DNA from: an uncultured Acidobacteriota bacterium | GTDB lineage: Bacteria; Acidobacteriota; Thermoanaerobaculia; Gp7-AA8 | Assembly: GCA_963822445.1 (NCBI GenBank) | Contig: CAWGHO010000002.1 | Coordinates: forward strand, 480,001 to 544,000 | Direction of reading: 5' to 3' | DNA: 64,000 bases | Shown: piece after piece, positions 59,503 through 64,000 of the stretch | Position numbering within the stretch: position 1 is the stretch's first letter | Layout of the letters: each line of letters begins with the position of its first letter | Translations under genes and position numbers: made by a program | Notes under the pieces: generated by a model | What the model saw: only the letters and a program-made list of their open reading frames with translations | Databases searched by the model: none | Told to the model about the DNA's origin: nothing

Positions 59503-60012
59503 TCAAGTCAACCGCCGGATATAAATGAAGCCCAGCACGGCCAGAACGGCGGCGGTCAGACACAGCCCGAGAAACGAAAGCGTGGGTACGAACGGCGCGC
59601 CGGCTTCTGCTACGAGGAAGTCCCCGCTCCACTGAACGATTCCATCTACGTACACTTCATATGTATAGATGCCCGCTGGGAGGTAGCCGACAAAAAGCGT
59701 CGCCGTCAGTTCCGGAGGAGTGATGGCGGAGCAAGGTGGCTCGACGTCGATCCGGATGTAGGAACCGGTTCGGGAAATGGTCGGGAACTGGCTGCATGGA
59801 GTTGCCGTCCTAACCACGATCGATACCGGCGTAAGCGTGGTTGGAGACGCGGGCTGAACTTCGACAAAGTTGATCTGAGCTGATGCCGATATGGCACTTA
59901 CCAAAAGCACCGCGACAAGGAAGGCACGGTTCAGTAGCTGCCGTCGGTAGAACTGGTGATGCTCGCCGCGATCTCGGCGAGCCGAAGGGAAATGGCAACT
60001 GAAGTCGGCCAT
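59503..60012 (-). CDS. Secreted protein with IPTL-CTERM anchor (start uncertain)
   Basis: ASA-Q signal and C-terminal VPTLSFLGLCL...IRR. Confidence 0.65.
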   Translation of the reverse strand: MADFSCHFPSARRDRGEHHQFYRRQLLNRAFLVAVLLVSAISASAQINFVEVQPASPTTLTPVSIVVRTATPCSQFPTISRTGSYIRIDVEPPCSAITPPELTATLFVGYLPAGIYTYEVYVDGIVQWSGDFLVAEAGAPFVPTLSFLGLCLTAAVLAVLGFIYIRRLT

Positions 60013-60026
60013 CTGCGTACGGTGCA

Positions 60027-63000
60027 TCATTCGACACCTCCGCGCAAATCGGTGATGTGCACGGCCTTGACGAGCGTCTCTCCCGGAATCAGATTCAGGT
60101 CGGTGAAGACACCCGCCGCGAGGCCCAGACTCAGCCGTGCTTCGTTGAGAGCGGAGCGGAGCTCGGTAACGTGCACTGCCTTCATTTGCGTAACATCCGA
60201 GACGACCGCGGGACCATCCGTCCACGAAAGAGGGGGTACCCCGCCGGCGGATCGCATCGCCAGAACGGCCTGCCTCAGTTCGTTGACATGTGAAGCCCTG
60301 ATCACGGACCCGATCGCCGCGAGATCACTGAAGATGACTGTCGTCGCAGGATCGATCACCCAGTCGGAGACCTGCGTTCCATTGCGGGCTCGAACGCGAT
60401 AAAGATAAGTCGTGCCTGCTGTTACCTCGCTGTCGATCGATGACGGTGTGGCGGGTTCCGCGATCGTCACGAATGCAGCATGGACACCGGCGCTCCGTTG
60501 GACTTCATAAGACGCGGCGCCAGCCGAGCTTGCCCAGCTCAATGAGACTTGAGATGTGGATGTCGCTGTCGCCGTGAGGCTGGCCGGCCTAGCCGGCGGC
60601 GCCTCGACACCGGCATAGGCATTCCACACGACGAGCGAGAACCTCTGGTCTTGCGCCGCCGAATCTACGCGCACTTCAAACGCCGTCCCGGCCGACGCGA
60701 AGAAGCGAGCCACCTCCACGTTGTTCTTGGAATCGGGCGTCCCCCCAACACAATCGGTATACAGAATGGATTGCTCGTCAGTCGTCAGAAGATTGCCTGT
60801 GTATCGACCCGTGCACGGTCCGCCCTGATTCAGCAGTACGCTGAGGTTGAGGTTGTTGACCAAGGGCGCTGCAGGCGCCGGGCTTGGCGTTTGACCCCAT
60901 CCGGACTGTGCTACACCCGGCGCATCGCTCCAGACCAACGCGATACGGACCGGCAGCAGGGGATCATGAATCGTGTAGCTGGCCGTCCAGGTGGAACCTG
61001 CCTCGAGCATGTGATCGTTCATGAACACACGGCTGGGGTAGTCGCTCAGAACATCTGTGAGGTTGATACGGCCGAATCCCTGCTGATTGTTCGGGAAAGC
61101 GGCGATTCCGGGCTCGAGCCCCTTGTCACGCCAGGTGAGTCGGACGGTATGGCCGGCCTGATGCTGAATTGTGCCGCCGTCGACGGGCCACGCGGGCTCT
61201 GTCGGATCGGCTGTCGCATTGAACGTTTGGGACACTTCCACTTCGTAATAACGACCGTTGGGGACGGTGGGTATGACACGAGATCCGACGCTATACGCAA
61301 CAGCGGGAAACCACCTCGTGAGGCTTCCCCTGTCTCGACCGCCGCGCATGCTCTTCGCGCCCGCAATCAGCATCGCCTTGACGAGCGACGGCTTGGCGGC
61401 GGCTGGATTGCTACTAAACCGGCGGCTGGCCAAGGCGGCCGACGCCACGCCAACCGGTGCGGAGAAACTGGTGCCAGTTCCGCCGGAATAAGGCAACGGC
61501 ACGGAAGCGTCCGCCGATGCGCAAAATGTCCCTGTGACCTGATCGTTCGATTTGACTGCAGCTATGTTCGACGAAACGGCGATGAGGTCCGGTTTGAACC
61601 AGCCTGGCGTGGCTGTGCCACGTTTCGCCTGGTAAGCGAGGTTGGCAAAATCATCCGCGCGCGCGTTGGCGCAGTTCCATGAATCGGGCCGTACGGCCTC
61701 TCCGCCGCCCATGGCGATCACGTTCTTGGCCGTCGCCGGGGGCAGGGTAAGGGTGCGGTCGATCCACAGGCAATGGCCATGAGCCGACTGCTGGTTGACG
61801 TTCCCCGAAGATACGGTGAGAGTAATCGGTTGCTCGCCTGCAGTAACGTCGTCGGCGTCCACGACCGCCACATCGAAATCGCGCGAGAGCAACGAGTACC
61901 TGCCGTCGAAGAATCTTTCGCACTCGTGCTGGCTACCCGCGACAGGTGCGGTCCGGTACTGATTCATACTGAAGTTCTGCCAATAGGCGGATGTGGCCGT
62001 TTCGGAACGGGCGTTTCTGGTGACATCCCTCACCGGTGTTGCTGAGGGCTGACTTCCGAGCAAGAGGGTGTTGATCTTAGTCACCACGATTCCGGCGGAT
62101 GGCGCAACTCCCATACCCCAGAGGAATCCGTCGGTGTCTTTCGGGCCTGTCGGCAACGGATCGCCGGCCGCGATGGCTGTCACGAGCGTGCCGTGACCGA
62201 TGGTGTCATGCTTCGACTGCGTCGTGTCGGGACACATCGTGAAACTAGTGCAATCGGTCCACGTCCGCCCAGCATCAAAAGCCTGCTTCTCGAAACTCTT
62301 GCCCCATACGACCCGGCTTTTCGCAAGTTCCGGTCGATGCAGGTCACTCGAGCCGGTCTCACCCGGCAGCGTGCCGCTGGCGACCCGGTCGCCCCCATCT
62401 AGACCCGTGTCGGCAATCCCTATGTAAAAGCCATCGCCGCGCAAGTCCATCCCTGAGGTCTGCAAGCTCGTCGACTCGCACGATGGGCATGTGTCGTTCA
62501 GCCACTTCTTGTACTTGCCGGCGACATTGGATCCAGCAGCGGGAACCAGATCCGTCACCGCTAGAGCGGTGCGCTCATCGGAGAGCGCTATCAGGGGTCG
62601 CTCGTCGAGCATGAATACCAGTGGCTCGGCGCGGATTGTTTCCAGATCGGCCGTTCGAAAAACGCCCTGTACACGCACCTCACTATCCGACCACGGCGCC
62701 CACGCGATCGGTCCTACCGCCAGATTCTCGAGGGCTTGTATTGCCAGGTCGGTCTCTTCCGTCCTCGCCACCTCGATCCACAACTCGACCGTTTCTTCGG
62801 AGCGCGGACCTATCGAGGGTTTCAGGAATCGGTGCATCTGCGATGTCCATTGGACGAACGGCAATGCTGCGATTGTTCGGATCGCGGATTCGCGGGCTCC
62901 GATGATGTAGGCGTTCATCGGCACGTGCTGAACCGGCACGACGCCCGCCGCGCGAACCGTGTCGAGCCATCCTGCCTTGATCGGGCCGATGAACTGAATC

Positions 63001-63440
63001 ACCCACGTGCCTCGTTCATCGTTCGGATACGGCGGATCCTCCGCGTGACCGGGCGGAACCGTGGATTCGGGAAAACGTGCGTCGAGTACGTGTCCATTCA
63101 GAAAGATCTTGTCGAAGTCGTCATGGACGCTCGCTCGAACTGAATGACGACGGCCTCGCTCCACGATCTTGTCCTTGTCATTGTCATGGACTTCTACGAG
63201 TGTGATCCCGTCGTACTCCTCGAGCACCTGACCGTTCAGCCCATCCAACACCTTCGGAAGTACGAAACCTGGAGGCGCTGTTGCATTCGGATGTAAGGTC
63301 CAAGGGACTCTGTCGATCGTCGCTTTGACGAACTGGGACTTTGCCTCGCGAGCGATTAGAGGCGTCGTCATCGCGAACGTGACGAGCACAAAGAGGATGC
63401 ACCTTCTCCCACGACTTCGCACTTCGAACGATTCACTCAC
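60027..63440 (-). CDS. Secreted S8 subtilase with fibronectin type III domain
   Basis: Catalytic triad motifs IADTG, GHGT and GTSFSAP. FN3 signature SLSW...YEVQRS...YLYRVRA. Confidence 0.92.
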   Translation of the reverse strand: MSESFEVRSRGRRCILFVLVTFAMTTPLIAREAKSQFVKATIDRVPWTLHPNATAPPGFVLPKVLDGLNGQVLEEYDGITLVEVHDNDKDKIVERGRRHSVRASVHDDFDKIFLNGHVLDARFPESTVPPGHAEDPPYPNDERGTWVIQFIGPIKAGWLDTVRAAGVVPVQHVPMNAYIIGARESAIRTIAALPFVQWTSQMHRFLKPSIGPRSEETVELWIEVARTEETDLAIQALENLAVGPIAWAPWSDSEVRVQGVFRTADLETIRAEPLVFMLDERPLIALSDERTALAVTDLVPAAGSNVAGKYKKWLNDTCPSCESTSLQTSGMDLRGDGFYIGIADTGLDGGDRVASGTLPGETGSSDLHRPELAKSRVVWGKSFEKQAFDAGRTWTDCTSFTMCPDTTQSKHDTIGHGTLVTAIAAGDPLPTGPKDTDGFLWGMGVAPSAGIVVTKINTLLLGSQPSATPVRDVTRNARSETATSAYWQNFSMNQYRTAPVAGSQHECERFFDGRYSLLSRDFDVAVVDADDVTAGEQPITLTVSSGNVNQQSAHGHCLWIDRTLTLPPATAKNVIAMGGGEAVRPDSWNCANARADDFANLAYQAKRGTATPGWFKPDLIAVSSNIAAVKSNDQVTGTFCASADASVPLPYSGGTGTSFSAPVGVASAALASRRFSSNPAAAKPSLVKAMLIAGAKSMRGGRDRGSLTRWFPAVAYSVGSRVIPTVPNGRYYEVEVSQTFNATADPTEPAWPVDGGTIQHQAGHTVRLTWRDKGLEPGIAAFPNNQQGFGRINLTDVLSDYPSRVFMNDHMLEAGSTWTASYTIHDPLLPVRIALVWSDAPGVAQSGWGQTPSPAPAAPLVNNLNLSVLLNQGGPCTGRYTGNLLTTDEQSILYTDCVGGTPDSKNNVEVARFFASAGTAFEVRVDSAAQDQRFSLVVWNAYAGVEAPPARPASLTATATSTSQVSLSWASSAGAASYEVQRSAGVHAAFVTIAEPATPSSIDSEVTAGTTYLYRVRARNGTQVSDWVIDPATTVIFSDLAAIGSVIRASHVNELRQAVLAMRSAGGVPPLSWTDGPAVVSDVTQMKAVHVTELRSALNEARLSLGLAAGVFTDLNLIPGETLVKAVHITDLRGGVE

Positions 63441-63622
63441 AGTTTGCGGACCTCTCAGTACAAGGAGTGTAGCCGACGACGAAGATCCCTACCCGGAATC
63501 GACGGTTGCGCTGCGCCGTTTGTGACGCGTCGCGGCCACAGTGAGCGTCGGCTCGACACTGCGATTCTCGCGTAGGTGAGAATTGCGTCGGGTGTACTGA
63601 TCCCGCTCTGTCGCCCCCGTGA

Positions 63623-64000
63623 TTACGGCTTCTTCTGTTCGGCGAACGTCATCACGGCCACGTTCTCGCCCGGGGTTGCGGCGATCCTCACCGACGGAGC
63701 CCGACCGGTGCCTGCCGACAGAGCACGGAGCTCGGCCTTCGATGCCACCGGCCAGAACTCGTACAGTCCGAGCGGCATGTGCCCGAACACGATGCGGCCG
63801 TCGGCATCGGACCAGACCCGCGCTCCCTGAGACTTTCCCAGCTCATCGAGAACTTCCAAGGGAAGGAGACGGCCGTTGTAGCGCACGACGATCGACAGGT
63901 TCGGAATCGGCTGGCGGGACTCGGATTCCATGCGCACGACCAGACGGCTCACGCCCTCGCCAATTCGAAGAGAGGCCTCCTTCGTCCCACCCCGCACCTG
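63623..64000 (-). CDS. C-terminus of a carboxypeptidase-regulatory-like domain protein (partial)
   Basis: Open frame from the window edge with SDADG.I.F...P.G.YE. Confidence 0.55.
   Translation of the reverse strand, partial: QVRGGTKEASLRIGEGVSRLVVRMESESRQPIPNLSIVVRYNGRLLPLEVLDELGKSQGARVWSDADGRIVFGHMPLGLYEFWPVASKAELRALSAGTGRAPSVRIAATPGENVAVMTFAEQKKP

Overview
GC-rich bacterial window. The gene content (TPR/ECF-sigma modules, Ser/Thr kinase, IPTL-CTERM proteins, S8/M6/M4 proteases) suggests Acidobacteriota/Thermoanaerobaculia, which is an inference. There are three zones. (1) 1-14.8 kb is accessory. It holds two integron-like cassette mini-arrays, built from three complete 198-bp attC-like hairpins plus one partial copy. 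Both arrays read on the minus strand, each starts at a similar AT-rich attI-like site, and no integrase is present in the window. They flank a stress/redox cluster (USP, pyruvate oxidase, regulator, diheme cytochrome, nrfHA with a CXXCH first heme). (2) 14.9-36.1 kb is mostly core genes: InhA-type M6 protease, aminotransferase, TerC, TrmH, rsmI, pgsA, tRNA-Leu(CAG), argE, hutF, kdsA and others, with REP-like palindromes. (3) 36.1-64 kb is island-like. It contains XRE regulators, an orphan 3-gene operon, an XRE/TPR - M4 protease/amidase - sigma/TPR module, a 21-bp-periodic tract, a kinase-propeller, a 1390-aa NACHT-nuclease, a large serine recombinase and a subtilase. Several single-base frameshifts look like sequencing indels. 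All product calls come from motif recognition by eye, not from database searches.
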